Origin: Octopus sinensis
Taxonomy: Eukaryota
Assembly: GCF_006345805.1 (NCBI RefSeq)
Contig: NW_021833931.1
Span: 1 to 54,018, forward strand
Direction of reading: 5' to 3'
DNA length: 54,018 nt
Below, piece by piece: positions 1 through 12,950 of the stretch. A model generated the notes under the pieces. The model had not been told where the DNA came from. It did no database searches and saw nothing but the letters and a program-made list of their open reading frames with translations. A program made the translations under genes and the position numbers. Within the stretch, counting starts at the first letter, position 1. Every line of letters begins with the position of its first letter.

Positions 1-10
1 TATATATATA

Positions 11-48
<38 letters not shown>

Positions 49-54
<6 letters not shown>

Positions 55-788
55 AAGTAGATAATGAATTTTCTTATTACGGATTATTCAAATGATAACC
101 GACACCTGGGTAGCAAAAAATCACAACAGAAAAAGCACGGTTGAGTTACGACCATGGGGCCTAAAATCCGTGCCTTAGTGCGGAAATTTGCTGCTGTCAG
201 CAGCACTGTATCCTCCCATGACCATTGTTGACAACCCCCTCTCTCTATCAACTGGTTACAGACGAACACACAGACACAGTCTTTTCTGTTGCTTGACCAT
301 TAATACCAGCTATATCTCTCTCCCTTGCTGCCTTCTACACACTGCCACACATACATAGACGCACACACATACATGAAAGCAATTCTCACACTCAAACACT
401 CTAGCACTCATTCTTAAAACAATTCAAATATTAACACCAGTCATACAGAAACATTCACACTCTTTGATGTTCCTGTACTCCCCTTCTGTTACCGGATTTT
501 GACCTTGAATTATCTCAACGGACTTTCTCGTCGGCTTTCACCCAGCTGCGTCAAACGCATATTGAGAGACAGTTTGTGCCATTTATTCCATGGGCTCCTC
601 GTGAGCGTTTGTCGAAAAGCTTGCTGTGCATTTTGTTGGAGAATTAAGTTCCTGGATTTTCCTGAAGAGAAGGCTGCAAAATGGACTCCTTATTCAATCC
701 GAATTAGGGACTTTGCAGCCTTGAAACATATGTAGAAAATAATAAAAAGGAATTTTGTTAAATCTTCGTTCAGCTCCATTTCTTCCTA

Positions 789-791
<3 letters not shown>
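49..791 (+). mobile_element. Non-coding PLE-like (pseudo-LTR-type) element embedded in (TA)n, carrying a hammerhead ribozyme
   Basis: Non-microsatellite block bounded on both sides by (TA)n; hammerhead motif at 656-740 directly followed by AATAAA (741-746); no credible ORF. Confidence 0.55.
656..740 (+). ncRNA. Type I hammerhead ribozyme (predicted)
   Basis: Stem I ATTTTC(656-661)/GAAAAT(735-740); core CTGAAGA(662-668); stem II AAGGCTGCAAA(670-680)/TTTGCAGCCTT(712-722); GAAA(723-726); palindromic stem III ACATATGT(726-733); GUA cleavage triplet ending at 734. Confidence 0.8.
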
Positions 792-825
<34 letters not shown>

Positions 826-827
<2 letters not shown>

Positions 828-1340
828 GTTTTAATAAAATAGAACATATGCATATATATAAACATATATGCACGTACATACCTCTACATGTACATATACA
901 CGCATATATGTGTACAGGACACCAAAAGACGTCGAACAACATGAGAGACGAAACACATAGACACAAACCAGGAACAGACAAGAAGCAAAAAAAAGAGAGA
1001 TACGGGACAATAAGCACAACGAAAAATCCCCTTCTTCAGTCGCTAAGGTTCATCTACTAAACGTTTCGAAGGAAAAAGCGAGACGTATACTTCGAAGAAA
1101 ACTTCCTTCCCGCGAAAAGCAAATCAATTAAAATTCTGAGATCTTTTCGCAGAGGGGTAAAAAAAAGCAAGACGGTAACGACAGTACAAACATATAACAG
1201 TAAAATATATATATATAAACAGTGGAAAAATAAATATATAACAGTGAGAGACAGGACAAGGAGAACAAGATAAGAAGGGCTGTTAACGCCAGACGAAAAA
1301 AGTATTGCAAACGCTGGATATCGTGGACGACGAGAGAGAG
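826..1340. mobile_element. Interspersed non-coding repeat, copy A (same family as 38241-39225), flanked by TA tracts
   Basis: Collinear similarity to 38244-38810, e.g. CCCCTTCTTCAGTCGCTAAGGTT and AAAAGCAAATCAATTAAAATTCTGAGATC. Confidence 0.75.
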
Positions 1341-1463
1341 TATATATATATATATATTATATATATATTTATGTATAATACATGTATATATGTATATATG
1401 CAATATATATATTTTTTTATTTATATTATTATATGATTGAGCTCCACGCATCCATTTCATGTA

Positions 1464-1509
<46 letters not shown>

Positions 1510-2126
1510 CACACCTTACATGCCCATATATATGACACCTCAGCATGGCGACAAATTTTAGGTTGGAGTGCATAATAAAAAAATGTACTTATTTATGCAT
1601 ATATGTGTAACAAATATATATTATATATTTACACACACATACATGCATAAACACATACATAAATGTGAATGAGTGTGCGCGTGTTTGTGTGTATGTGCGT
1701 GTGTGTGTATGTGCGTGTGTGTTTGTGTGTGTGTGTTTATGAACACTTACGTACTCATGCAACGAGAGGAAGAACGATTGCGAGACGATGGTGTTCTGTT
1801 TTTATGGCATCGATTATACAGCTCATAATAACTCGAAAGTTGGATATATGCCATGCATATATGGATATATCATCATCTGGATGAAACTTAGAAATTCACG
1901 CACATCTGCAACCGATGTTCACTTTCACAAGAACTGATGTACAAAGAACAACCAGCTGTTTTTATATGATGTCACTATAAATACTTTCATCCATTCATTT
2001 ATACATGCATGCAAATACATGCATACACACACACACGCACACACCTATGCATGTGCATACATATGTATGTGTATGTATGTATGTATGTATGTGCCTATGT
2101 AAGTATGTATATATATATATATATAC

Positions 2127-2509
2127 GCGAGAAAGAAGCAACAAGAATGGATAGGTTTTTAGTACAATCGTTTCATACAAGGACAGGCTTTATTAAATGT
2201 TGCAAAAATTACAGCATACAAACGCGTCCCGTACTCATCAGCTAAAATACATGTGAGTTCTCTAGAGAGTATTTTAGCTGATGAGTACGGGACGCGTTTG
2301 TATGCTGTAATTTTTGCAACATTTAATAAAGCCTGTCCTTGTATGAAACGATTGTACTAAAAACCTATCCATTCTTGTTGCTTCTTTCTCGCTTATAATC
2401 ACCCCACATTACTGTATTGTTAAAACAGTATAGTTTTTTTTGGTGCATCTAATTTAGGTACATATTCAAGTAAATTCATTTAAATTAACTTGAATCTTTA
2501 TTGCTTTTT
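2127..2509 (+). mobile_element. Small non-autonomous PLE-like element with a perfect 124-bp inverted duplication, inserted in (TA)n
   Basis: 2127-2250 is the exact reverse complement of 2269-2392 (18-bp spacer); unique tail to about 2509; TA tracts on both sides; contains a hammerhead motif. Confidence 0.7.
2272..2362 (+). ncRNA. Type I hammerhead ribozyme (predicted); identical copy on the minus strand at 2157-2247
   Basis: Stem I TTTTAG(2272-2277)/CTAAAA(2357-2362); CTGATGA(2278-2284); stem II GTACGGGAC(2285-2293)/GTCCTTGTAT(2335-2344) with AATAAA in its loop; GAAA(2345-2348); near-palindromic stem III ACGATTGT; GUA triplet ending at 2356. Confidence 0.75.
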
Positions 2510-2820
2510 GATATATATATATATATATATATTCTATCTATATATATATATATTTATTATATATATATGTATAATATATATATATATATATATATATTTA
2601 TCCTTATATATATATTTATATATATATATATATAAGTATATGCCTGTATATTTATATATATGTTTGTATATTACATATATTACAGATATGTTTGCATGAC
2701 ATACATTTATATTATATTATATTATATATCTATGCCTAAATCCATACACACGCATATATATATATATACACCATACACACACACACACACATACATATAC
2801 CTTATATATATATATAATAT

Positions 2821-2857
<37 letters not shown>

Positions 2858-2983
2858 ATATATATGCATATAGATGTACATGTCTCACACTTCGTCAATT
2901 ACAACGACGAGTGTTCAGGGTGTGGTGGTGAAATTTACATGCAAATGGCTGAGTAGTCCACTCCCTCTCTCTCTCTTTCTTCT

Positions 2984-3042
<59 letters not shown>

Positions 3043-3139
3043 CGCACATACATACACACCTATATACGTATATTTTATATGGGTGTATCTAGAGCAAGAT
3101 AGATAAATAGATATTCCTGTATATATGTACATATATATG

Positions 3140-3170
<31 letters not shown>

Positions 3171-3356
3171 ATATGCATGTATAATTCAGGGAGTGACGTA
3201 TAGCTGTAATAATATATTAAGTGCACTTTATGTACATGGGTATACTTAAAATTTTATTGTATTACATCAGGGAATGGGCTAAATCTGTCAAATGGGTTGC
3301 TTTTTTACAAAACTCACACTTGCCTCTTTAATTGATAAATTACTATATTTCAGTGA

Positions 3357-3990
3357 AAGGCGCGAGCTTGCAGTAGTGCAGTATTTCGTTTCACACTTAG
3401 CGGTATTTCGTCTGTCTTAACGCTGTGAGTTCAAATTCTGCCGAGGTCGACTTTGGCTTTCATCATTTCGAGGTCGATAAATTAAGTACCAGTTCCGTAC
3501 TGGTGTCGATTTACTCGACTGGCCCCCTTCCCCAAAATTTCGAGGCCTGTGCCTAGAGCGGAAAAGCATATTTCTTTCAATGAAATCAGTGAGGTGGCAG
3601 AATCGTGAGCACGTCGTGCGAAATAGTAGCATTTCGCCCGTTTTCACATTCTGAGTTCGAATTCCATCAAGGTTGACTTTCGAGATCGATAAAATAAGTA
3701 CCAGTTAAGCACTGGAGTCGATGTAATCAACTTACACCCACATGCGAAATTGCTGGCCGTGAGCTAAATTTTTAATCAATATTTCTTTCAAAAAAGGTGG
3801 AGACCTGGCAAAATATTTGGCCCGCCGGACGTAATACTAAGCAGCATTTTGTCCGCCTGTACGATAGGAATTCATATTCTGCCGAAGTTGGTTTACTTTT
3901 CACTCTTTCCGGATCAAGAAAGTAAGTACCCGATGTAACCGTTTTACCCCGCTCCGAACTTGCTAACGTGATGCCAAAATTTGAAATGAA
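3357..3990 (+). mobile_element. Three head-to-tail degraded copies of tRNA-derived SINE family B
   Basis: Recurrent GAGTTCAAATTC B-box-like motif and GTCGACTTTG(C/G)CTTTCATC...GTCGATAAATTAAGTACCAGTT core in units starting at about 3357, 3586 and 3794. Confidence 0.75.
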
Positions 3991-4783
3991 TTTCTCTTTC
4001 GATGGCTTTGATAGTAACCATGATATTTCTATAACATCTCTCCTACTTTGTGACAACGTTGTTGTACAGCTTGTGTATGGTACTACTAATATAAAATGTC
4101 CACATTATAACAAATTGCAAGGTATAATACGAAGGTATGTAATCATATCTCCACATTGTTGATACGGAAGTTATCTAATGTGCAGACATTTTTGGAGTAT
4201 GTAAGCCGATTCTTAAACTTGTATTTCCTCACAGCAAGTCTAGTGCATGTAAGTTTTACCCCCAGCCTCTCCCTACCGATAACCCGATGACTCTTAGCAA
4301 CGGTTCTGTTAGTTAAGTATCACAGTTAAGTGTAGCACTGCAGTCAATGCTGTGAATATTCATTTACTTCACATTACCAATGCAGCATCTTGAATAGGAT
4401 GCCTCTTATCCTTTCTCAAGTAGGATATGTTAGGACTCCATTGTGCTAGCTGTTCTATCAGTTCTGTCTTTGTATCTGTTGTGTATATTTAATATTTCAT
4501 TTCGAACGTATGCAGTTTATGCCTGCTAAAATTTATTCACAAAGTATTAATCATCACGAGGCTATGTAAGAAAATATTTGGGTAAGACGGTGCGCAACGC
4601 CATTTATTCCTGAACCGTGTGGTTGAGAAACATGCTTCTTGTTATTCTGTGTGGTCTTATTTTTCAAATGTTGTGTACTAGTTAAAATATGTATTAGATT
4701 ATATTGTTATAATTGATTCAAAACTTTTTTCCATGTTTTTGAATGTGATGGCTAACAACAAGCGCATATTAACTGAAAAGAGT

Positions 4784-5173
4784 GGAGGCGCAATGGCCCA
4801 GTGGTTAGAGCAGCGGACTCGCGGTCATAGGATCGCTGTTTCGATTCCCAGACCGGTCGTTGTGAGTGTTTATTGAGCAAAAATACCTAAAGCTCCACGA
4901 GGCTCCGGCAGGGGATGGTGGTGATCCCTGCTGTACTCTTTCACCACAACTTTCTCTCACTCTTACTTCCTGTTTCTGTTGTACCTGTATTTCAAAGGGC
5001 CGTCCTTGTCACTCTCTGTGTCACGCTGAATATCCCCGAGAATTACGTTAAGGGTACACGTGTCTGTGGAGTGCTCAGCCACTTACACGTTAATTTCACG
5101 AGCAGGCTGTTCCGTTGATTCGGATCAACCGGAACCCTCGTCGTCGTAAACGACGGAGTGTTTCAATCCATCC
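4784..5173 (+). mobile_element. Full-length tRNA-derived SINE family A
   Basis: tRNA-like head GGAGGCGCAATGGCCCAGTGGTTAG...GTTTCGATTCCC (A and B boxes); TSD ATTAACTGAAAAG(A/G)GT at 4768-4783 and 5174-5189; second copy at 26898-27281. Confidence 0.92.
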
Positions 5174-6879
5174 ATTAACTGAAAAGGGTTTACTTAAGCG
5201 TGAAATTATACTGAAGTGAAATTGTACTGAACTTATGAGAGTCATTCAGTTTTGGAGATGATAGTTACTTCTTCAAACACTGATAAATGACAAAATTAAG
5301 AATATCTCATGAGAATTATAAGAAAGGCGAAAATAATAAGAAAGGAGGTAATACTAAAATACATTAGGCCTTCAAAAAATCAGATAAATAGCTTTACAAG
5401 TCTATATGTTCTGGGTATAGTGATATCATTGACGTAAACACTTAAATGAAAAATCGATTAAATAATTCTCCGGTGTGAAAATCTATTTTCTAAAATTCAT
5501 TCCAAATTCAGCTTTTGATTTCGGTTACTGAATATTAGCCTAGTTCCATTATTTTTCTATATCAAAGAAATGATACACTGTTATTAAATCAATAAAAGTC
5601 GGCTAAAATGTATAAATAGCTTTAATATAAAGCTATTAAAGTATTTATAGTTATACCAGAGATTAAATACATTAATCAGTAAATTATGTTTAAAGTCAGT
5701 CATATGCCCTATATCTTACACGATACTATTTTAAATGTTTTAAATGTTTTCAAATGAGAGGCACAACACTATAATGGATCATTTAGGAAGAGTGCTTTGA
5801 AACAAATTAAGAACTTATACAGTATATTTACATATAATACACCAAAACAAACAAACAAAAAGAAAGAAAAGGCGTAGCAGAATTTCGTTTGGTTTCATCA
5901 ATCTTGGTGTATCCTATCAGGTGACTCAAATAAGCGTACTAAGTTTGTTTGCCGTACAGTCATAGGACATCCGTAAAATATTTCTGATAGATCTGCAATT
6001 AGCGCATATTAGCCAGAAGTAAATTTATTACAGAAACCTTATGAAGTATAGTACACAGTAATTGCAAGCATGTGTAAAAGAAATCACACGTACAAATGAA
6101 TATAATAGTTATTATTTGTACACAGACTATATGTTATATATTTATGTATATAGGTATAAGTAACCCTGAGTATCAGTGGCTGAATAAGTAACAATAGAAA
6201 TGTAATTCTGAGTTATCTATGTTAGTAGGTATAATCTTCTATAAATGTATGAATGTATCTACTATAAGAATACTCTTGTGTTTTTCACCGTCACAGCATA
6301 TGAATGAGAAAGGAAGGGGTAATAGATGAATGAGAAAGGAAGAGGAGTTAGATGAATGAGGAAGGAAGGGATGATAGCAAAGTGGTATTGGGATGATGGA
6401 AATACTACGGTGAATAAAAAAAATCAAACAGCATTTCAACTCAATGTGAGTATATGTGTGTTTATGTAAAAGGGAGGTATATGAATGTTTGTGTGTGTGT
6501 GTGTGTGTTTGTGTGTGTGTACAATGAAAATTGGGATGGTGAACATTCAACACTGAAAAGAAAAATCAAAGAGTGTTTCAACTCTGTGTGAGTATATGTG
6601 TATATGTGTGTACGTGTGCAAGGGAAGTATGTGAATGTTTGTATGTGTGATTTTTATGTACCTTATTTTATACCTTACCTAAATATATATATATATAGGG
6701 GGTGCGTGTGTATTTGTATATATGAATATATATATATATATAATATATATTATATATATATATATATATAATATATATTTATATTAGTGTTTCTTTTGTT
6801 CTTTTGCCAAACAAGCGAACGTACTATATTATTGTGCATGTGTGTGTATGTTTTTTGTATGTGTGTGTGTGTGTGTGTG

Positions 6880-6915
<36 letters not shown>

Positions 6916-7120
6916 TATCTGTTTGTGATTTTACAACAACATCGCTTGACAACTAATGTTGGTGTATCTGCGCACCAGTAAGCTAGCGGTTTGGCAAAAG
7001 ACACAGGTAGGATAAGTACTAGATTCACATAGAATAAATCTTTTGATCGATTTGCTCGACAAAAGGCGGTGCTTCAGCATGGCCACAGTCACATGACTGA
7101 AACAAGTAATACAATGAAAA
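6916..7120 (+). mobile_element. 3' half of SINE family C
   Basis: Matches 46980-47184 (CGCTTGACAAC...AAAGGCGGTGCT...TGACTGAAACAAGTA). Confidence 0.8.
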
Positions 7121-7311
7121 ACCATGCCATTTTAATCCCGAGCAAGGTCGGGTATCTCTGCTAGTTTATGTATAAAATATTACAAATAGCCGTTATTTTT
7201 GAGGGCACGAGGCCAGCTAGAGTACGTATAATACTGGCTGTTTATCTGTCTATATGTATGTGTGTAGCAATATGCATACGTATACATGTCTGAGTATACA
7301 TATAAAAATAT

Positions 7312-7640
7312 TTTATATCAACCCGAAACTAAGAAAGACAAAATCGACCTCGGCCAAATTTGAACTCAGAACGTAAAGACATGAATTGCCGCTAAACATT
7401 TTACTCGGCGTGCTAAACACAGAGGGGACAAACAAGGGGATAAACACAGAGGGGATAAACAAGGAGAGACGAATGGATTAAGTCGATTACGTCGACGCCA
7501 GTGCCTAACTGGTACTTAATTTATCGACCCCGAAAGGATGAAAGGCAATGTCGACCTCGGCGGAATTTGAACTCAGAACGTAACTGCAGATGAAATAACA
7601 CTAAGCATTTCACCCGGCGTGCTAACGAGTCTGCCTCCTT
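7312..7640 (-). mobile_element. Two adjacent SINE family B copies, one partial
   Basis: Reverse complement of the family B core (TTTATCGACCCCGAAAGGATGAAAGGC...GAATTTGAACTCAGAACG); the head region is present twice. Confidence 0.8.
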
Positions 7641-8126
7641 AAAAATTATTGAGAAACTGTAGCTGTGAGAATTGGAAGTGAAATATGTGAGAGTACGTAT
7701 GTATGTACGTATGTTTGTATGTATGTATGTATGCATGAATGTATGTATATATGTATGTATGTACGTATGTGTGATATTTCTGTATGTACTTGCATTGGTC
7801 CAATGGCTAATTTAGGCGGTTTCCAGTATCGTAATACGCTGGATAAATTTAAATTGTCTTCCACCATTACACTCAATACTTTTCACCCATTTATCAAAAC
7901 GTCTGAGCGTAGAACATTGAAAAAACCATTGATTTCGTAAAATTTTCCACAGTTCCTTAACTTTAATTGAACCAGTGAAAAATTATTTACGTTCCTTATA
8001 TAGAGTTACCTCATAACTTCTTCGTATTTTAACCAATAGCCAAATTCAGACACTTCTCCTTTTACCTTGTGTGTATATGTGTTTGTGATTGCATGTGCAT
8101 ATATATAGTAATGTACATCCACAAAC

Positions 8127-8170
<44 letters not shown>

Positions 8171-8695
8171 TTACAGACAGCTATTTGCAGCTTAGAAGTT
8201 GTTTTGGCGGCTAATCAGGTTTCGTTCTGTTTTTTTTTCTTTATGTAGATGTACCTGTTAACTTCCAGCTTAGATTTCAGGAAATGTATCGTAATAAACG
8301 TTTAACTAATTATCCCAATAATTAGACACGTTGCACGTAACTGAGTGCAGCGGAAAAAGTGACTGCATTTCATGAAGCAACGGAGAGACAGCGAATGTTA
8401 TGATGAAGGCAGAGCACGGACATTTTTGCAATGTAATACAAAATTGTAGATACGCAGATACATACAAGCATCTATTAGGAAGAAAGAGAGAGAGAGAGAG
8501 AAACAGAGAGACAGAGAGAGAAAGAAAGAAGGGTGAGTGAAGGGGTGTGTTGTCATGTATTCGTACATCAATACGTCTTCTTTGTATATACGTGTGCATT
8601 TGTGAGTGGGCGTGTGTGTGTGAGAGAGAGAGAGAGTGAATGAAAGTGAGTGAATGTGTGTTCTCATGTATATGTAAGTGGCAATCTCTCTCCCC

Positions 8696-8731
<36 letters not shown>

Positions 8732-8816
8732 TACATACATACATACATGTCCATTTCATATACACGTTCATACATCTTCCACTTTCTCCTCTCTTTCACT
8801 TTAAAAACAAAAGTAA

Positions 8817-8881
8817 ATAAAGCGATGCTCCAGAATGGCCGCAGTCAAATGACTGAAACAAGTAAAAGAGTAAAAGAGTAA
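8817..8881 (+). mobile_element. 3' tail fragment of SINE family C
   Basis: GCTCCAGAATGGCCGCAGTCAAATGACTGAAACAAGTAAAAGAGTAAAAGAG matches the end of the 46770-47184 copy. Confidence 0.75.
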
Positions 8882-9097
8882 ATATCAAAAATGTTTACGG
8901 AAGTTAACGAACAAAACCAGCTGATCGGGTGACTGTTCTCAAAGTCAAAGTGACAGTTCTGAGAGTCAAATCGAAAGATCAGCCCAATGGAATACCATTA
9001 CAAAACTTTTTTCGAGTGCATTCAACGTATCTCAGTTGCAAAAAAATTGGCTGCTATTTCTTGCACGCCCTGCTACCACGTAACATCTATTTGTGTT

Positions 9098-9329
9098 AAG
9101 GCGGCGAGATGGCAGAAATGGTAGCACGCCGGGCGAAATGCGTAGCCGTATTTCGTCTGCCGTTACGTTCTGAGTTCAAATTCCGCCGAGGTCGACTTTG
9201 CCTTTCATCCTTTCGGGGTCGATTAAATAAGTACCAGTTACGCACCGGGGTCGATATAATCGACTAATCCGTTTGTCTGTCCTTGGTTGTCCTCTCTGTG
9301 TTTAGCCCCTTGTGGGTAGTAAAGAAATG
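9098..9329 (+). mobile_element. Full-length SINE family B
   Basis: AAGGCGGCGAGATGGCAGAA head, B box GAGTTCAAATTCC, tail TAAAGAAAT; TSD TATTTGTG(T/A)TA at 9088-9098 and 9330-9340. Confidence 0.9.
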
Positions 9330-9883
9330 TATTTGTGATAACGGACCCGAAAAACCTGTTACCTGGTAGAAGGGCGTGCAAGAAATAAGAGCCAAATTTT
9401 GCTTTCTGGGGAAAGGAGCTGTTTACGCTTGGTTTCGATGTCACATTCGTTGAAAGCATGCGAAATAACCAGGAGAAGGAAAAAAAATCATGAAACAAAA
9501 CTCCGTTGTAGCGAAACTCAGACTTTCCAGGTAACCCATCGGGTCATGGGTAGTCTAGTCTAGTATAGACACACATACACACTCACACACACACACATGC
9601 ATATATACCGACATTTGCGCCTCTAATGAACAACCCAACTTTAGAATTTTCCCCTGTATAAATTTAGGGACAATGCAACTTATAATTAGCGCAAATAATA
9701 AGTTATCGCAAAATATATACTTCTTTTGAATGCTTCCCCCACAGATAACACTACTACAAGGATCTTAGAATAATACCCACGCAAATATTACAAACGATAG
9801 ATATATTAAAAACAGTCGCTACCCATGAATTTATTTAGAACAGTTCCTACCACTACTACTACAACCACAACACTTTCTAACTT

Positions 9884-10459
9884 CTTTCTAACTTCGTATA
9901 CTAGTAGAATATGTCATATAAAACATCTTTTACTCTTAGCGTTTTTGAGAAAAGTTTATGTTTAGGAAATTATTTCGTGTTAAACTTCACCTATTTCGGT
10001 AACTTTAACCAATCAATGACGTGTATCCAGCTGAATAAAATTACTACTATTGTTTGTCAGAAACTATCGGCAGTGTATATTTCATTTGTTACTGTTATTT
10101 ATGACATATTTCATCTCAGTTATGCTTTTAAAACCCTAACCCTAACCCTAAAACCCTAACTCTAACCCTAAAACCCCAACCCTAACCCTAAAACCCTAAC
10201 CCTAACCTAAAACCAGTACAAACGCACAAACGATGTCATAAATAACAGTGACAAACGAAATACACACCGCTGATAGTTGCTGTTGACAAACAATTGCAGT
10301 AATTTTATTCAGCTGAATACACGTCATTGATTGGTTGAAATTACCGAAATACGAGAACTGTAACACGAAATAACTTCGTAAACATAAACTTTTCTCAAAA
10401 ACGCTAAGAGTAAAAGGTGTTTTATATGACACATTCTACCACTACACGAAGTTTGAAAG
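9884..10459. mobile_element. Fold-back/MITE-like element: about 225-bp inverted arms around a telomere-like (CCCTAA)n core
   Basis: 9884-10107 is the imperfect reverse complement of 10233-10459 (also visible as paralogous ORFs 9911+ and 10432-); CCCTAA/AAACCCTA array at about 10129-10214. Confidence 0.85.
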
Positions 10460-10491
10460 TATTTAGTTACAAAAAATTATATATATATATA

Positions 10492-11160
10492 TAGTGTCAT
10501 TCGATAAATAATACAGTTTTGTTCTTAACTTTTTATTTTTCAAAATTACGATAAACAAAGTTCTTTTTTAATCTAAAGTATACTCTCCTTCATTTTCTAC
10601 AACGCTCTTCCATCTATCTGGAAGACTTGCATCCCTTCCAAAATTCACTTATCCGTTACGAAAAATACTCCTCCAGTATTGTTCTGACCTCGTCTACAGA
10701 ATTCATATTTTCTCCGTCCAAATAATTTTGAAGGCTTCAGATGTGGCAATGTCCGGTGAATATGGTGAGTGGGGCATCATTTCTCGTTCAAGCTGTTCCA
10801 GGCTTTTGAATGTCATCCTCGCTGTATGAAGTCGAGCGTTATTCTGATGGAAGAACACCTTTCATCTTGAAACCAAAGATGGTCGTTTTTCTTCTAGTGC
10901 TGACATAAGCCGCTCAAGCTGCTCGCAGTAGATCTCCCTTGTTATTGTTTCGTTTGGCTTTAAAAGTTCAAAGCGGACTAAACCTTTCATATCCCACCCA
11001 ACACATAACAATACCTTACATGGGAGAAGACTTTTATCTTGCGGTGCTGGTGTTTCTCTTTTCCTACCCTTTGTCTTCGGCTCTTGACATTTTTATAGAG
11101 AACCCATTTCTAGTAACCAGCCACTATTCGGTCGAAAAAGGGTTCATTGACCCAACACCG
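10492..11160 (-). pseudogene. Decayed Tc1/mariner transposase (catalytic domain and right end)
   Basis: Minus-strand pieces DRIVAGY*KWVLY (like DRIVTGDEKWV), YCEQLERL, FHQNNARLHTA (like HDNARPH) and PHSPYSPDIA (like YSPDLAP); stops and frameshifts; abuts a TA run. Confidence 0.85.
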
Positions 11161-11694
11161 GAGTAGGATGAATCGTTCCATGATTGACTCTTTTCTTTGT
11201 GAAATTATGCGGAGAAGGAGATACGAGAAAGACAATTTATTTTATAAAATCCTAGAGTGTACTGCAAACATCCATTTTATACTTTAAAAAATCTTTCTAA
11301 AGGTTTCGACAAGCACTGACGATAACCACAAACGTTCAACAATACAAAATTTAACACAAAAATATAACGTGAAGGCGAGGACAGTGCGATGTTACAAAGG
11401 GTCATTAACAGTAAAGTTTCAGAACAGAAGTACAATGGAATAACAACAAACCGGAGATGATTTTCAAAATGTAAGCATAAGCTGCAAAAGATGGATAATT
11501 GGGAGTCGTGTCTAGCAGGAAGTGAGGGAAAAGGACAGAAAAGGAAATGATCAGCAGCAGATCATGGGGCAAAATAAAAGAAGGAAGCTAGGCAGTAGAA
11601 TTAGAATATTAGGCAGACGAATGCATTTTGGGGAAGTTAAACTCAGTCAGTGAATGTGAAGAGGGAGATGAGCAAGATGGAGAGAATGGACACA

Positions 11695-11745
<51 letters not shown>

Positions 11746-11754
11746 ATATATATT

Positions 11755-11872
11755 TATTCGTGTGTCTGTGTTTGTCCTTCACTACTACTCTTCTTTTTAT
11801 GCCCCTGTAACCTAGTATTTCGGTACAAGACGGTACCCCAGCATGTCCGCAATCAAGTGACTGAAACAAGAT

Positions 11873-11878
<6 letters not shown>
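11755..11878 (+). mobile_element. Degraded 3' fragment of SINE family C
   Basis: TTTATGCCCCTGTAACCTAG...CCAGCATGTCCGCAATCAAGTGACTGAAACAAG. Confidence 0.6.
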
Positions 11879-11933
<55 letters not shown>

Positions 11934-11972
11934 TATAATATACACACGCATACACACACACTCACACGCAAC

Positions 11973-12015
<43 letters not shown>

Positions 12016-12101
12016 GCATACATACACATATATATACACACGAGGATACATACCCCAAAACACAACACACCCATATATTTAGAGATAGGAAGATAGATAA
12101 G

Positions 12102-12142
<41 letters not shown>

Positions 12143-12469
12143 CTCTATGTGTATGTCTGTATACGTGCTTGCGTGAGTTCCATAATAAATCAAAGATAGC
12201 AGCGTCGTTTTTGTTTTCATTGATGGTTAGACATTTCTTATATTTTCAAAGGCTTTCACAAAAAATAATATCGATATTGCGATGTTAAATTCTTTACACA
12301 ATACACACGAACGGTGTCCGCAAGGGAAATAACATAATGTACAAATTGTGTATTAGCAGCGACACGCAGTAGTATCTTTGATAGACTACAGTATATTAAT
12401 TGGGCATATTTCATCCCTTGAAAGTCATAAAAGGCAAAGTAGATTAAGAAGCACACGCGTAGACACGTG

Positions 12470-12950
12470 CCTGCATACATATAAAACATACATACATACA
12501 TACATACATACATACATACATACATACACACATACATACATTCATACATACATGCACACATACATACACGCATACATACGTACATACATACATACATACA
12601 TACATTCATACATACGTACATTCATACATACATGCATACATACGTGCATACATACATACACACATACATACACACATACATACGTACATACATACATACA
12701 ACATACATTCATACATACATACATTTATACATACATTCATACATACATACACACATACATACACACATACATACATACATACATACATACATACATACAT
12801 ACATACATACATACATACATACATACATACATACATACATACATACATACATACATACGTACATACATACGTACATATATTCATACATACATGCATAGAT
12901 GCATACATACATGCATACATACATACATTCATACATACATACATATACTC
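12470..12950. repeat. Long imperfect (TACA)n microsatellite
   Basis: Direct reading; source of the spurious HTYI/MYVC ORFs. Confidence 0.95.

Noticed and set aside
4784-4860. tRNA gene
   Set aside because: It is the head of a TSD-flanked SINE present in two copies; the same reasoning applies to the other tRNA-like heads
10129-10214. True telomere or chromosome fusion site
   Set aside because: Short, degenerate, single orientation and enclosed by inverted arms
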